DNA of 64,000 nucleotides from an uncultured delta proteobacterium (GCA_963810935.1 CAWEPK010000010.1:128001-192000); one strand, 5' to 3'. Counted from the first letter of the stretch, positions 30,101-41,954 are shown. Made by a program: numbers and translations. Notes: a model not told the origin generated them from the sequence alone.

Positions 30101-30741
30101 TCGCCTGCCTGATCGACGTCAAAGAGCTCACCGGCGTCTTTGCAGTCAGCGGAGAGGTAACGGCAAAAGGGAAAAACAGCGAGGAATTGATGCAGTCCCT
30201 CCGGGGGACCGCCAATTTCGTCGCCAAAGACGGCCGCATTTACCGATTCGGCACACTCGCCAAGGTCCTGGAGATCGCGGGGCTGAGCGCAATCTACGCC
30301 CTCCCCGAGCTTACCAAAAACGGGTTTGCTTACAGCTCAGTCAAAGCGACGCTGGCACTGGACAAGGACACGATCAAAATCGTAGAGGCCGAGCTCGACG
30401 CGGCTTCAGTGGACCTCCTTCTCAAAGGCGAGATAGACCCGGCCAAAAAGAAAACGGACCTCCTGGTGCTCGTAGTACCCTTCACGACGGCAAGCCGGAT
30501 AATCAAGGCCATCCCTGGCGTCCGCTATGTCCTGGCGGGGAGAGTCCTGGCAATTCCCGTCCATGTCTCCGGTGAGATAGGGCACCCCAACGTGACCCCT
30601 TTGCCTCCTTCGGCCGTAGGCTCGGAGCTGCTGGGCATGGGCGAGCGCTTCTTAAAGCTGCCGCTGAAGATCATCGAAAAAGTGCTACCGCGCGGAAGGG
30701 GATCGTCTCCGTCGGCCGAGCCTTCGACGGCTCCCCCGTAG
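27109..30741 (+). CDS. AsmA-like (bridge-like) envelope protein
   Basis: About 1210 aa from MTKASK; N-terminal TM, beta-rich, AsmA C-terminal pattern GFAYS...V.G....P.V. Confidence 0.75.
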   Translation: MTKASKAAIGVAVVLAVLIVFLLFLPGFMNFEPVKSRLLSAISQSTGATVKAAKIEAAFLPRPSITLARGAVAGKVSGTFDALSIYPQVLPLFLGKLRLARIDIEGPVFRMDMSLLTAAPSLPKLSVKAIEDKVAPAVRLLTSNVPGLAVSVAKGRVTLVDGSRQDFRLDSIECLMKVETHRVETALACSSDAWQHASVKMWIKPEGFKGEVNLDMTGFTAGLAARRFFPAARLQVEDALGDIAVKLRVDGSCSLYAGLDGSIDRVSLRKSSTSLSLQKVRLKGSLRLEGEKTIVSVERLESAYPTCKLSGEATIDPASRAATARIDGAQADAAGARSTVLFFAGDDRDVRNVFDVVRAGSVSGATLSARGTSLRDMVKAEHISAAGSVTGGSIVLPDSLLPVDRIAGEMRITGGFLEGTGLSGRMGGNTATKSKIRLDLRESTPGTPFRLDLNVRADVAQIPFYLGRLVPDADFVHEIAMVHAPSGKAEGRVVYDSLQQPLQVAVDVESFALHAVYGRFPYPLDFDAGSFHYDTNGEQIRVQGLSGKAGKSSFSGLSAELVAGTEPYLTIDSGAAIASLQEIDPWLRSMAPLKGPLDKIGPVNGTITIDAINMKGPVSQPHRWQFHAAGKVENVAADAVWLPGEAVARTGAFDVSQDRLSFSGLHAACLDASIAGSGKLTYTLEAVQQVEVELAGEMGDRTAEWVSQFVDLPSRLWLRTPLSISKAHIAWQKDETSFSGNFAVHDGPRVALGLVHRPGEFTIKPLVITDAHSNASVSLYAKEKAFDCTFSGNLAERTIDDLFAEKGLVTGRIKGDIEAHIIPGKPSASTAKGKIEGTGISFPGFSKRPFKVAALEISAQGESATLKIDFTAFDQAMSASGRVAAAKDAFTLDMDLSTGGLDLERIAEQAHGRDTGDMLRDLPIEGTVRVRPEYVSYGTYLWKPVQADVTFMHGPMRVIVNQAEICGINTPGRIEYNDGQWTLDFLLASQVQPVQSTFACLIDVKELTGVFAVSGEVTAKGKNSEELMQSLRGTANFVAKDGRIYRFGTLAKVLEIAGLSAIYALPELTKNGFAYSSVKATLALDKDTIKIVEAELDAASVDLLLKGEIDPAKKKTDLLVLVVPFTTASRIIKAIPGVRYVLAGRVLAIPVHVSGEIGHPNVTPLPPSAVGSELLGMGERFLKLPLKIIEKVLPRGRGSSPSAEPSTAPP

Positions 30742-30817
30742 GACGGACACGGCCGGTTGTGCATGGGCGAAGTTTCCTATTGAAGAAGTCCCGCTTAATT
30801 GTTAAGGTTAGCGCGAG

Positions 30818-31156
30818 ATGAAAGAAGACGATAACGAGTCGAGACCGGCAGATGAAGACGTTCCGGAGACCTTTCTTTCCGCTATTTCGGAGCGGCTGAA
30901 GAACGCCAGGAAAATCTTATCCGAGGCCTTTTACGGGTTCGCCGTCCACGAGTTCGAGGTACAGCTAAGGAAAGACAAGGGGGACCTCTATAATCTCTTC
31001 ATGCTTATCGTTTTCGGCGATCTCATCGGCCTGCCGCTGCTGCCCCCGTATTATGCCATGAGGCTTATCCCGCACATCCTCCCTTACTATGAGGTATGGA
31101 GAAGAAACCTGCTCCGCGAAAAAGATCTCATGGACATGTTCTCCGGGGACCTTTAA
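30818..31156 (+). CDS. hypothetical protein
   Basis: 112 aa ORF with hydrophobic LFMLIVFGDLIGLPLLPPYYAMRL segment. Confidence 0.65.
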   Translation: MKEDDNESRPADEDVPETFLSAISERLKNARKILSEAFYGFAVHEFEVQLRKDKGDLYNLFMLIVFGDLIGLPLLPPYYAMRLIPHILPYYEVWRRNLLREKDLMDMFSGDL

Positions 31157-31332
31157 ACCCGACTCCGCGGCCTGCCCGGCGCTTTGCGATGAAAAACGGC
31201 CCGACGTAAGGAGGGAAGGGTCGCCTGGAGGTGGCGTTGAACCCGATTACTGCCGGAGCGAGCGCCGAGCGCGGCAGTAATAAAGCAAGCGTATGCGCCG
31301 CGCCGAGCAACTGTGTTCGATGTCAAGGCTTT

Positions 31333-32438
<1,106 letters not shown>

Positions 32439-32510
32439 GCATATAAGATACAAGGGGGGAGGCTCCGCGGGCTTTGCCCGTGGAGGGGGCGCTGAGCCCC
32501 AATAATTGTT

Positions 32511-34622
32511 CTATTCCCGCCTGCGCAGCACGATGAGCGACCGGCTTTCGGTCTCAATGCTCTGGCCGGCGTTGAACGTATCGGGCTCTTCTGCAAACTT
32601 CCCTTCGTGGGTGGAGAAATTTTTTTCCCAGACCTTGCCCCATTTCCCCTCAGGAAGGGTGAATACCAGCTTTTCGTAGTGGGCATTAAGTATAAGATAG
32701 AAGCTGTCGTCAACGATGCGCTGCCCGAATTCGTCCTGGTCGGGTATGGCCTGGCCTTCCAGGAAGACGGCCATCGATTTGGCGAAGCCTTCCTGCCACT
32801 CGCCCTGCGTCATCTTCGTGCCGTTGGGGTTGAACCAGGCGATGTCCTCTATCTCGGAGCCTTCGACGGCCCCCTTGAACCACCTTGGACGCTGGAATAT
32901 CTGGTGGTTGAGGCGGAAATGTATAAGACGGCTGGTAAAATAGATGAGGTCCCTGTCTGCCGCATCCCAGTCGTACCAGGAGATCTCGTTGTCCTGGCAG
33001 TAAGTGTTGTTGTTCCCTCTCTGGGTGCGGCCCATCTCGTCCCCGCCGGAGATCATGGGGATACCCTGGGAAAGGAGCAGGGTCGCGAGAAAATTCCTCT
33101 TCTGCTTCGCACGAAGCGCCAGCACGCCTGTGTCGTCCGTAGCCCCTTCGGCGCCGCAGTTCCAGGAACGGTTGTTGCTCTCCCCGTCCCTGTTGTCCTC
33201 ACCGTTCGCCTCGTTGTGCTTCTCATTATAGGAGACGAGGTCGGATAGCGTAAAACCGTCATGGCACGTATTAAAGTTGATGCTCGCGAACGGACGCCGG
33301 CCGGTACTCTCGTAGAGGTCTGAGCTTCCCATGATGCGGCCGGCCATTTCTGCCAGGGTGCACCCTTGGCCCCGCCAGAAGTCACGCACGCAGTCCCTGT
33401 ATTTTCCGTTCCACTCGGACCACAGGGGCGGGAAGTTGCCTACCTGGTACCCGCCTTCCCCGATATCCCATGGCTCGGCAATCAGCTTCACCTGCCCCAC
33501 TACAGGGTCCTGCTGGATGATATCGAAGAAAGCGGAAAGGCGGTCCACCTCATGCAGTTCCCTGGCCAGGGCGGCGGCTAAGTCGAACCGGAAGCCGTCC
33601 ACGTGCATCTCCAGCACCCAGTACCGCAGCGAATCCATGATAAGCTGCAGCACGTGCGGGTGGCGCATGTTAAGGCTGTTGCCGGTCCCCGTATAGTCCA
33701 TGTAGTGGCGCAGGTCGTCCGGGTTGAGCCGGTAATAGGCGGAGTTGTCGATGCCTTTGAAGCAGAGCATCGGCCCCAGGTGGTTCCCTTCGGCTGTATG
33801 GTTATAGACGACGTCGAGGATCACCTCGATGTCCTGCCCGTGCAGGTTCTTTACCATCTGCTTGAAATCCTGCACCTGCTGGCCCGCCTGCCCCCTGCTC
33901 GAATATTCGTTGTGGGGGGCGAAGAACCCTATCGAGTCATATCCCCAGTAATTGCGAAGTCCCCTCTCGATGAGGTGCTTCTGGTGGATAAACTGGTGCA
34001 CGGGCAGCAGTTCCACGGCCGTGACTCCCAGCCTTTTCAGGTATCCGACCACGGCCGGGTGCGCCAGGCCCGCGTAGGTGCCGCGTATTTCTTCGGGCAC
34101 TTCCGGGTTCCTGGCGGTCAATCCTTTCACGTGCGTCTCGTAGACTATCGTCTGCTGCCAGGGCACCCGCAGGGGCTCGTCATGGTCCCAGTCGAAGAAA
34201 GGGTTTACGACGATGCACTTTGGGACGAATCGGCCGCTGTCGTCCTCGTTCTTGCTTCCTTCCGGTTTGTCGAAATAGTAGGGAAAGACGGCCTGGTTCC
34301 AATCTATCTGGCCATCAATCGCCTTGGCGTACGGGTCGAGGAGCAGTTTTGCCGGGTTGCAGAAAAGGCCTTTCTCGGGCGCCCACGGGCCGTGAACCCG
34401 GAACCCGTACCTTTGGCCCGGCTCGATGTTCGGCAGGTAGCCGTGCCAGCAGAAGGCCGTTTTTTCCGGGAGGTCTACACGCCTTTCCCCGTGCGCCTCG
34501 TCGAAGAGGCAAAGCTCGACCCTCTCCGCTGTTTCAGAGAAGATCGAAAAGTTAGTTCCCGTCCCGTTATAGGTCGCGCCCAGGGGATATGGCCGCCCCG
34601 GCCAGACCTTGAAGAAACCCAA
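32511..34622 (-). CDS. glgX: glycogen debranching enzyme GlgX
   Basis: PYPLGAT, NYWGY, DVVYNH, DGFRFDLA, AEPWD, CHDGFTL, GNNNTYCQDNE. Confidence 0.96.
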   Translation of the reverse strand: MGFFKVWPGRPYPLGATYNGTGTNFSIFSETAERVELCLFDEAHGERRVDLPEKTAFCWHGYLPNIEPGQRYGFRVHGPWAPEKGLFCNPAKLLLDPYAKAIDGQIDWNQAVFPYYFDKPEGSKNEDDSGRFVPKCIVVNPFFDWDHDEPLRVPWQQTIVYETHVKGLTARNPEVPEEIRGTYAGLAHPAVVGYLKRLGVTAVELLPVHQFIHQKHLIERGLRNYWGYDSIGFFAPHNEYSSRGQAGQQVQDFKQMVKNLHGQDIEVILDVVYNHTAEGNHLGPMLCFKGIDNSAYYRLNPDDLRHYMDYTGTGNSLNMRHPHVLQLIMDSLRYWVLEMHVDGFRFDLAAALARELHEVDRLSAFFDIIQQDPVVGQVKLIAEPWDIGEGGYQVGNFPPLWSEWNGKYRDCVRDFWRGQGCTLAEMAGRIMGSSDLYESTGRRPFASINFNTCHDGFTLSDLVSYNEKHNEANGEDNRDGESNNRSWNCGAEGATDDTGVLALRAKQKRNFLATLLLSQGIPMISGGDEMGRTQRGNNNTYCQDNEISWYDWDAADRDLIYFTSRLIHFRLNHQIFQRPRWFKGAVEGSEIEDIAWFNPNGTKMTQGEWQEGFAKSMAVFLEGQAIPDQDEFGQRIVDDSFYLILNAHYEKLVFTLPEGKWGKVWEKNFSTHEGKFAEEPDTFNAGQSIETESRSLIVLRRRE

Positions 34623-34831
34623 AGACGCCTCCGCTTGAGGGCTATCCGGTATAAAAAAACATAGGGCTCGCCGGATGCCGTTTCAACAGCTTCACTCCGC
34701 CCACCCCCTCCGTGACCGTTGCCTTTGCCTTCTTCCTTGACAGTTATTGGGCCGGTATTAGCTTTACCATAACAAATAGTTGAGGGCTCGAACGTCTGAT
34801 GCAATCCCCATCATTGCAAAGGAGAATATGA

Positions 34832-35230
34832 ATGGACAGAGGCCGGAAAGGCTTGTTTTCGGAAGCGGCGGTTGCGGTGTTCCTTGTCGGTATGCTCCTC
34901 ATCGCCGGGTGCGCCGGTGAAAAGCCCGTATCGAGTCTTAATAACGCCCAATATGCCATTCAAAGGGCGCATGACGCAAAGGCAGACCAGTATGCCTCCA
35001 CGGAAATGGGCATGGCGGAGGAAAAAATGGGCCAGGCAAGGACTGCTTCCGGCCATGAAGACTACGTCAGGGCGCGCCGACTGGCGGACGAGGCAAGGGC
35101 GGACGCAGAGGCAGCCGAGGCAAAGGCCAGGTCTCAGACTGCACAGCAGGAAGCCCGGGAGATGCAGAAGAGCGTGAACGACCTTCAGGCCAATATTTCC
35201 CCGCCCCCTGCGACCATGGGGGGAGAATAA
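34832..35230 (+). CDS. DUF4398-like lipoprotein
   Basis: Lipobox IAGC; Ala-rich helices (ARRLADEARADA); precedes OmpA gene. Confidence 0.8.
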   Translation: MDRGRKGLFSEAAVAVFLVGMLLIAGCAGEKPVSSLNNAQYAIQRAHDAKADQYASTEMGMAEEKMGQARTASGHEDYVRARRLADEARADAEAAEAKARSQTAQQEAREMQKSVNDLQANISPPPATMGGE

Positions 35231-35339
35231 CGCCCGAGCGCGAGTGCCCGGACCGATGGGCGCTGGGGAAGCGGTCCGTCAGGCCCGTAAACGTACGGGG
35301 CAGCATTCGGCCCCCGCAACAGCATAAATGAAGGAGACG

Positions 35340-36233
35340 ATGATGAAAAATAGAAGAGGAGCCTTTTACGTAGCCGGGCTGATGTGCATAATGGCCGTCA
35401 TTTTGGCGGCCGCCGGGTGCAGCACGCATACGGCTGCCCTGGATAACGCCCGCGCTTCGTACCAGCAGGCGTCGGCGAACCCGACCGTTACTTCGAACGC
35501 CCCCGGAACGCTGCATGAGGCGCAGGAATCGCTGCAAAAAGCCGAGAAGGCAGGCAACGACAAGGAGCAGGAACATTGGGCCTACATCTCTCAGAGACAG
35601 ACCGAGCAGGCCATCTCCCAGGCCAACCAGAAGGCGGCTGAGCAGCAGATGGCACAGGCTGCGAGAAAGAGAGACCAGATACTGCTCCAGTCGCGGGAAC
35701 AGCAAGCGACAGCGGCCTCAGCAGAGGCGCAGTCGAAGACACGTGAGGCGCAGACGGCAAAAGAAGAAGCAGCCAGGTCACAGGGAGAAGGCCGGATGGC
35801 CGCAGCACAGGCAAGCCTCGCACAGAGCCAGGTTGAGCAGCTTCAGGCCCAGATGGCGGACATGTGGGCGATGCAGACCCAACAGGGCGGCGTCTCGCTC
35901 ACGATGGGCGACATCATGTTCGAGCCGCGTCATGCCGCGCTGACGCCCGCGGCTATGGCAGACGTGAACAGGCTGGCCGACATACTCCTGCAGAACCCGA
36001 ACGAGCAGGTTAAGATCGAGGGCCACACGGACAACGTCGGTAATACCATAGAAAACCAGGTGTTGTCGGACGAAAGGGCGAACGCCGTCCGCGACGCGCT
36101 GATAGCGAGAGGGGTGAGCCCCGACCGGATAACCGCGCAGGGTCTAGGCGCGAGGTATCCTATAGCCGCCAATGATACGGAAATGGGCAGGCAGGAGAAC
36201 CGGCGCGTGGAGATCTCGATAATGGGAATGTGA
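35340..36233 (+). CDS. OmpA family lipoprotein with coiled coil
   Basis: Lipobox AAGC; IEGHTD, NQVLSDERA, GRQENRRVEI. Confidence 0.9.
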   Translation: MMKNRRGAFYVAGLMCIMAVILAAAGCSTHTAALDNARASYQQASANPTVTSNAPGTLHEAQESLQKAEKAGNDKEQEHWAYISQRQTEQAISQANQKAAEQQMAQAARKRDQILLQSREQQATAASAEAQSKTREAQTAKEEAARSQGEGRMAAAQASLAQSQVEQLQAQMADMWAMQTQQGGVSLTMGDIMFEPRHAALTPAAMADVNRLADILLQNPNEQVKIEGHTDNVGNTIENQVLSDERANAVRDALIARGVSPDRITAQGLGARYPIAANDTEMGRQENRRVEISIMGM

Positions 36234-36404
36234 TAGATACCCGGTATCTCCTTAAAAGCGGTAGCACACGGCTGTCGTAGGCCAAATATAACTCGGACTT
36301 CCGCGTTTGCAACGTGCGTCCCGACGGCTTGCCCCCACGGCCTCCCGGCCTTATGTTCTTTTGGGCGGAAAAAAAAGGAACATATTGGGCATTCAGGAGG
36401 CGCC

Positions 36405-37736
36405 GTGAGGGCATCCGCGATTTCACATTTCTTTTCGGCCGGTATATTCGAGATACACCTCGGCGATTACTCTCCCATCCGGGCCTTTTTCCTGCGCTGG
36501 CTGCGCGTCGTTATCTTCGCGTTCCACGGGTTTATCAAAGACGGCTGCGCGTCGCGGGCCTCGCTGCTGACATATTACTCCCTCTTTGCCATAGTGCCCG
36601 TCCTGGCGATGGCCTTCGGCATAGCGAGGGGGTTCGGCCTGGAAAGGCTGGCCGAGGCGCGCACGGCCCAGATGGCGCAGGGGATGAATTGGCCGCCGGA
36701 AGTCATCGGCCAGGTTATCTCCTTCTCCAGGACGATGCTGGCGAAGACCAGCGGGGGCCTCATCGCAGGGATCGGGTTCGTAGCGCTTTTCTGGTCCGTC
36801 CTCTCCATATTACGCAGCATCGAACAGACGCTGAACGACATCTGGCAGGTCCGTGAGTCGAGGACAATGGTAAGGAGGGTAACGGACTATCTCGCGGTGG
36901 TCGTCTTCACGCCGATCCTTATCGTCATATCGGGCAGTGCGACCATCTTCCTGGAGAGCGAGGTGGCTATAATAAGCCGCCGGTCCCCCCTTTTGGGCGA
37001 CTTCGGGCCGGTCATTTACGTCGCCCTCGGGGCATTGCCCTACCTGTCCATCTGCGGCATGCTGATACTTACCTACCTAGTCATACCCAACACGCGCGTT
37101 CGGGTCCGCTCCGCAGTCGCCGCCGCCCTATTCACCGCAGTCATTTACCAGAGCGTTCAGTTCATCTATATCAAGTTCCAGTTGGGGGTCGCGAGCTACG
37201 GTGCGATCTACGGCGGCTTCGCCGCGGTGCCCCTCTTCATCGTCTGGCTCCGGCTGAGCTGGATGATCGTCCTGTACGGCGCGGAGATCGCGGTGGCTGA
37301 CGAGAACAGGGAGACCTACGGTTTTCACCCGCACGTATCGGATATGAGCGTCTGGTCCAAAAAAGTGCTTTTTTTGCAGGCCTTCAATCTCATATCGAAA
37401 AGGTTCACGGAAGGCGCACCACCGTTGTCGCCTTATGCAATCTCGCAAGCCCTGAAGCTGCCGATGCGCCTTACCAGGCACATCCTGTACGAGCTTGTGG
37501 GCGCCGGGCTTATTATCAAGACCGCCCTATACGTGGACGGAGAACAAGCCTATCAGCCGGCCAGATCGACGGAGGGCATGCGCATCCAGGCCCCCATCGA
37601 GGCGTACGAACACATCGGTGACGACCCCGATGCGCCTCAAGGACGGGACGGGGGCGACAGGATGGCTGCCCTTCTGGAAAGGCTGGAGGCTGCTGCGGCA
37701 AGGCTGCCCGAAAACGTGCTGCTCAAAGAGGTATGA
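36405..37736 (+). CDS. YihY/virulence factor BrkB family membrane protein
   Basis: LTYYSLFAIVP, IEQTLNDIW, YGAIYGGFAAVP, LYGAE. Confidence 0.9.
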   Translation: MRASAISHFFSAGIFEIHLGDYSPIRAFFLRWLRVVIFAFHGFIKDGCASRASLLTYYSLFAIVPVLAMAFGIARGFGLERLAEARTAQMAQGMNWPPEVIGQVISFSRTMLAKTSGGLIAGIGFVALFWSVLSILRSIEQTLNDIWQVRESRTMVRRVTDYLAVVVFTPILIVISGSATIFLESEVAIISRRSPLLGDFGPVIYVALGALPYLSICGMLILTYLVIPNTRVRVRSAVAAALFTAVIYQSVQFIYIKFQLGVASYGAIYGGFAAVPLFIVWLRLSWMIVLYGAEIAVADENRETYGFHPHVSDMSVWSKKVLFLQAFNLISKRFTEGAPPLSPYAISQALKLPMRLTRHILYELVGAGLIIKTALYVDGEQAYQPARSTEGMRIQAPIEAYEHIGDDPDAPQGRDGGDRMAALLERLEAAAARLPENVLLKEV

Positions 37737-37746
37737 GGCCCCAGGG

Positions 37747-39384
37747 TCAGTCGATTTCCTTCAAAAGCACGAGCCGGCCGATTGAATCACGATAGACGAC
37801 GGCGAACTTTCCCGCAGAGAGAAGCTCCCCCTCGAGCCGGCCGCGTGTATCCCTGATCACGACGAATGCACCCTCGTCATTGTTAATCGACTGCATCAGG
37901 CTGGGCAGGTCCGGCTCCTCTTGCAGGAAGCGACCTGTGTAAAAAGGGATCGCTCCACGCAGCGTCTCGTCGGGCTTGTAGGCGTAGAGGGATGCGCCCG
38001 GCGGCACTGAAGCCGAGACTACATTGCAGAATGGGACGAAGCTCTTGTACCGGTCAAGGATCGGAAAAACGCAGGTCAGAAAAAAAAGCAGAAGCGCGAA
38101 GACCGAGACGCAGGAGAAGGCCCAGAAGCGCCCGATCTCTTTAGCACGGACGGTGAGCGCCCGCCAGGAAAAGAACACAGCGGCAGCGGAGAAGAGAAGG
38201 AGCGCGCCGATGAGCGAGATGGATACATCGAATCCGTATTTTTTCGAAGCGTAAAGGGTAAACGGGGTTATCGCCACGCCCACGGCGAGAAGAAAGACGC
38301 CGAAAAGATATATAAAGAAACGCTCGAAGCCGCTCAAGGCCCTCTTCGTGAGTGTTTCTTCGATGAAAATAGCGGTAAGGAGCGATGCAGGGGCAAAGAG
38401 CGGCATCATATAGAGTACCCGCTTGGTCGACGCCGCGCTCAGTAAGATAAAACCCGCTATGAACCAGCATTTGGCAAGGAGCACCCCTTTTTTCGCATCT
38501 CCCTCCTTGCGGGAGCGGAAAGCCCACACGAGCGCAGGCAGTATCAAAATGCACCACGGCGCAAAACCCGCCGGGAACCCGGTGAGATAATAGTAAAAAG
38601 GCTGGTTGTGTCCCGTCTGGCCGCCCAGTATCCTTTCCAGGTGGTTGTGGACCAGGAATATCCGCAGGTAGTCCCAGCCACCTTCCCGGAAGAGCATCGC
38701 AAACCAGGGGAGCACGGCGGCCAGCAGGATAAGCGCCCCTAGCCAGAGACGCATGCGGAAAAGCTCTTTCAGGTTCCTGTCCATGGTGAGAAAAACGAGG
38801 ACGACGAGGGCAGGCAGGACGATGCCTATAAAGCCTTTTGTGAGGAAAGCCAGCGTAAAGAACAGATACGCAAAGGTATAGAAGAGCCGACGTTTCCACC
38901 CGTCCAGCCTCAGGTATGCGGCTGCAAAGAAAACCACGGCCCAGGTAATGAAGCACGCGAGGCCGCTGTCTACAACGACCCAGTGGGCTACGCGCAGGTA
39001 TTCGCCGCTCGTCGCCAAAATAAAAGCGGAGATGAAGGCCGTCCTCGGACTGAAAAAGAAGCGGCCGAGGAAAAAGAGGGCAAGCACGCCGCCGAGCCCG
39101 AAGACTGCGGAAGGCAGCCTGGCCGTCTTGTCGGAAACGCCCCGTGCCTTAAAGACCGCCGCGAGGGCGCCATAGTAAAGGGGCGGTTCTTCGAGGAAAG
39201 GTCTGCGGTCGAGCGTCGGCACAGCGATTCGGCCGGATACTGCCATCTCCCTTCCTATCTCGGCCACCCTCGGCTCGTCCGGGGTCATAAGGCCGTGGTT
39301 AAAAAGACCGAAGGAAAAAAGCGGAACGACCGCGACGACGAGCAGAACCAAATAGAAGACGGCGCCTTTTTCTTTCCCGGCCAT
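37747..39384 (-). CDS. ArnT-like glycosyltransferase family 39
   Basis: PDEPRVAEIGREM, PPLYY, ARLPSA, LTKG, HNQPFYYY. Confidence 0.88.
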   Translation of the reverse strand: MAGKEKGAVFYLVLLVVAVVPLFSFGLFNHGLMTPDEPRVAEIGREMAVSGRIAVPTLDRRPFLEEPPLYYGALAAVFKARGVSDKTARLPSAVFGLGGVLALFFLGRFFFSPRTAFISAFILATSGEYLRVAHWVVVDSGLACFITWAVVFFAAAYLRLDGWKRRLFYTFAYLFFTLAFLTKGFIGIVLPALVVLVFLTMDRNLKELFRMRLWLGALILLAAVLPWFAMLFREGGWDYLRIFLVHNHLERILGGQTGHNQPFYYYLTGFPAGFAPWCILILPALVWAFRSRKEGDAKKGVLLAKCWFIAGFILLSAASTKRVLYMMPLFAPASLLTAIFIEETLTKRALSGFERFFIYLFGVFLLAVGVAITPFTLYASKKYGFDVSISLIGALLLFSAAAVFFSWRALTVRAKEIGRFWAFSCVSVFALLLFFLTCVFPILDRYKSFVPFCNVVSASVPPGASLYAYKPDETLRGAIPFYTGRFLQEEPDLPSLMQSINNDEGAFVVIRDTRGRLEGELLSAGKFAVVYRDSIGRLVLLKEID

Positions 39385-39408
39385 GCTTCTTTCCCGTTCC
39401 TTAAAGCG

Positions 39409-40267
39409 CTACCCTCGCGGGTGGTGTTTCTTGTGCACCTCTTTCAGTCTTTTCCGGTCCACGTGCGTATATATCTGCGTAGTCGAGATATCTTCGTGCC
39501 CCAAAAGGAGCCTGCACCGAGCGCAGGTCCGCGCCGCCTTCGAGCAGGTGCGTTGCGAAGGTGTGGCGCAGCATGTGGGGATAGAGCGGCCCTTGCGACA
39601 GCTTGACACCGTACTTCCTGAGAAGCTTCCAGACTGCCTGCCGCGTCATGGCCGTGCCGCTGCGGTTCGGGAAGAGGCAGTGCCCTTTCGGCTTCATCTC
39701 GGACAGGTACATCTTAATGACTTCCCGTGCGTAGCTCCCGATGGGGACGATCCGCTCTTTCGAGCGCTTGCCGAGGGCGATAATGTAGCCTGCGTCGAGG
39801 TTTACGTCGCTCTTCTTCAGTGAGACCAGCTCCGAGACGCGAAGCCCGGTTGCGTAAAGCAGCTCCAGGACGGCCGCGTCGCGCAGGGCCGCCTTCTGGT
39901 CTTCGGGCAGCTTCAAAAGGCGTGACATCTCTTCTGTGCTCAGGGTCCTGGGGATAGGCGGCTTGAACTTCGGCGTCTCGACTTCCGCCAGGGGGTTGAC
40001 CGTAATCTTGCGGTCCGTCAGGAGGAACCTGTAAAATCCCCTTATCGCCGAGACGGCCCTCGTGATGGAGCGGGGCGACCTGCCGTCTGTGCGCATGCGG
40101 CCGAGGTAGGCGTCGAAGGAGACAGTCTCCAGGTCGCTCTTCGATTCTTCGAGGTAGATTATATAATTGAGGATGTCGCGGTTATACGCTTCGACCGTAT
40201 GGACGGACGCCCCGGCCTCCGTTTTTAGGTGGGTCATGAAGGCGTCGAGCTCCAGGTAGTGGTTCAT
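39409..40267 (-). CDS. xerD: tyrosine recombinase XerD (one-base insertion near 39511)
   Basis: [45 protein letters not shown]...HPRG in second frame. Confidence 0.88.
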
Positions 40268-40707
40268 CGCCTCCCCGTCGAGCCGAAGCCCCCTTCCCCC
40301 CTTCCGCTCTCGGGCAGCCGCTCCGTCTCCTGCCATGAAACTCTGACCGTACTTTTGAAGACCATCTGGGCGATCCTGTCCCCGCCTTTGACCTCGAAGG
40401 GGGCATCGCCGAGGTTAATGAGTATCACCTTGATTTCGCCCCTGTAGTCGGCGTCTATGGTCCCGGGCGTATTGAGGACGGTAACCCCGAATTGGACGGC
40501 AAGGCCGCTCCTTGGCCTTATCTCGGCTTCAAAGCCTTCGGGGATGGCGACCGACAGGCCCGTCGGCACCAGGGCACGGCCGAGGGGGGCGAGAGTAACC
40601 GGCGCTTCGATATTTGCAACGAGGTCCATTCCGGATGAAGCGTGCGTAGCATAGCCGGGGAGCACCGACCCCGCCTTTCGGGTAACAAAGACCTTCAGCT
40701 CTTCCAT
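40264..40707 (-). CDS. dut: dUTP diphosphatase
   Basis: [32 protein letters not shown]. Confidence 0.97.
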   Translation of the reverse strand: MEELKVFVTRKAGSVLPGYATHASSGMDLVANIEAPVTLAPLGRALVPTGLSVAIPEGFEAEIRPRSGLAVQFGVTVLNTPGTIDADYRGEIKVILINLGDAPFEVKGGDRIAQMVFKSTVRVSWQETERLPESGRGEGGFGSTGRR

Positions 40708-41954
40708 AGCCGCTCGATGGCGCTCCGGTCCACTTTGCCGAGCACCGCCAGCGCCATGCTTCCCGGCTCGCCAAAGATGAGGTTGCTTATCTCGTCGATC
40801 TGCGTCGCGTGCACGCCGTCTATCTTCCTCATCGTCTCCTTCAGGGGAATGTAGCGGTCGAAATAAATCTCGTTCCTGGCCAGTCGCTCCATGCGCGCCT
40901 CGGAACCTTCAAGGGAGATGAAGAAGGTGCCTTTGATGTGCTCCTTCGAGAAGGCGAGGTCCGCGGGAGTAACACCCTGCCGCTTAAGGCTTGCCGCCTC
41001 GTCCCTGATAATGGCGATCACCTCTTCGAGCGAGTCGGCCGGACTGGACGTCGATATGCCGAAATTACCCGCGTTCTGATAACAGTTGACGAAGGAGAAT
41101 ATGTTGTAGACGAGGCCGCGCTTCTCCCTGACTTCCTGAAAAAGGTGCGAGCTCATGCTGCCGCCGACTATGGCGTTGAGCGCGTAAAGGGCGTACCGCC
41201 GCGTGTCGGTCTGGCTGACTGCGTCCGTGCCGAGGCAAAGATAAATATGCTCCAGGTCTTTCTCGTACACGTAGACGTCCGGATAGCTCCGGGGCGGACT
41301 GACCGCTATCGGCAGCGCCTCTCCGCCGGGCATACCGGAAAAGAGCTTCTCGACCTTCCGGACGAGCGCGTCGTGGTCTATCCTGCCGACGCAGGTGATT
41401 ATCATGTTCGGCCCCGAATGGTGCGTCGCGTAGTGGCCGAGCAGCCGGTCCCTGTCGATGCGCTCGACCGTCTCCTCGTTCCCGAGGACGGGCAGCCCTA
41501 TGGGGTCGCCTTTATAGTAATCGGCCGCAAAAAGATCGAAGACCCACTCTTCGGGGTTGTCTTCGATCATCTTGATCTCCTGGATAATTACGTGTTTTTC
41601 CCTCTGGATGTCTTCTTCTTCGAAGGTAGAGTGGTTGCACATGTCGGCAAGAAGGTCGAGGGCAAGGTCCATGTCCTGCCGCAGCACGCGCGCGTAAAGA
41701 CACGTATATTCCTTGCCCGTGAAGGCGTTGAGGACGCCCCCTACGGCGTCGATCTCTCTCGCTATGTCGCGGGCAGTCCGCGTCCGTGTCCCTTTGAAGA
41801 GCATATGCTCGATGAAATGGGAGATGCCGTTATTCTCCCTGTTCTCGTGCCTGCTCCCTGTCTTCCACCAGACGCCGAAGGAGACCGTCGGGAAATAAGG
41901 AAGGCTCTCGGTAACTACACGGATGCCGTTGTCGAGCACCGTTTTCCGGTACAT
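40695..41954 (-). CDS. M16 (pitrilysin) family peptidase
   Basis: HFIEH inverted zincin motif, [12 protein letters not shown]. Confidence 0.93.
   Translation of the reverse strand: MYRKTVLDNGIRVVTESLPYFPTVSFGVWWKTGSRHENRENNGISHFIEHMLFKGTRTRTARDIAREIDAVGGVLNAFTGKEYTCLYARVLRQDMDLALDLLADMCNHSTFEEEDIQREKHVIIQEIKMIEDNPEEWVFDLFAADYYKGDPIGLPVLGNEETVERIDRDRLLGHYATHHSGPNMIITCVGRIDHDALVRKVEKLFSGMPGGEALPIAVSPPRSYPDVYVYEKDLEHIYLCLGTDAVSQTDTRRYALYALNAIVGGSMSSHLFQEVREKRGLVYNIFSFVNCYQNAGNFGISTSSPADSLEEVIAIIRDEAASLKRQGVTPADLAFSKEHIKGTFFISLEGSEARMERLARNEIYFDRYIPLKETMRKIDGVHATQIDEISNLIFGEPGSMALAVLGKVDRSAIERLWKS

Noticed and set aside
39409..40267. Prophage or island integrase
   Set aside because: XerD-type motifs, embedded in a housekeeping operon, no att repeats or phage genes seen.
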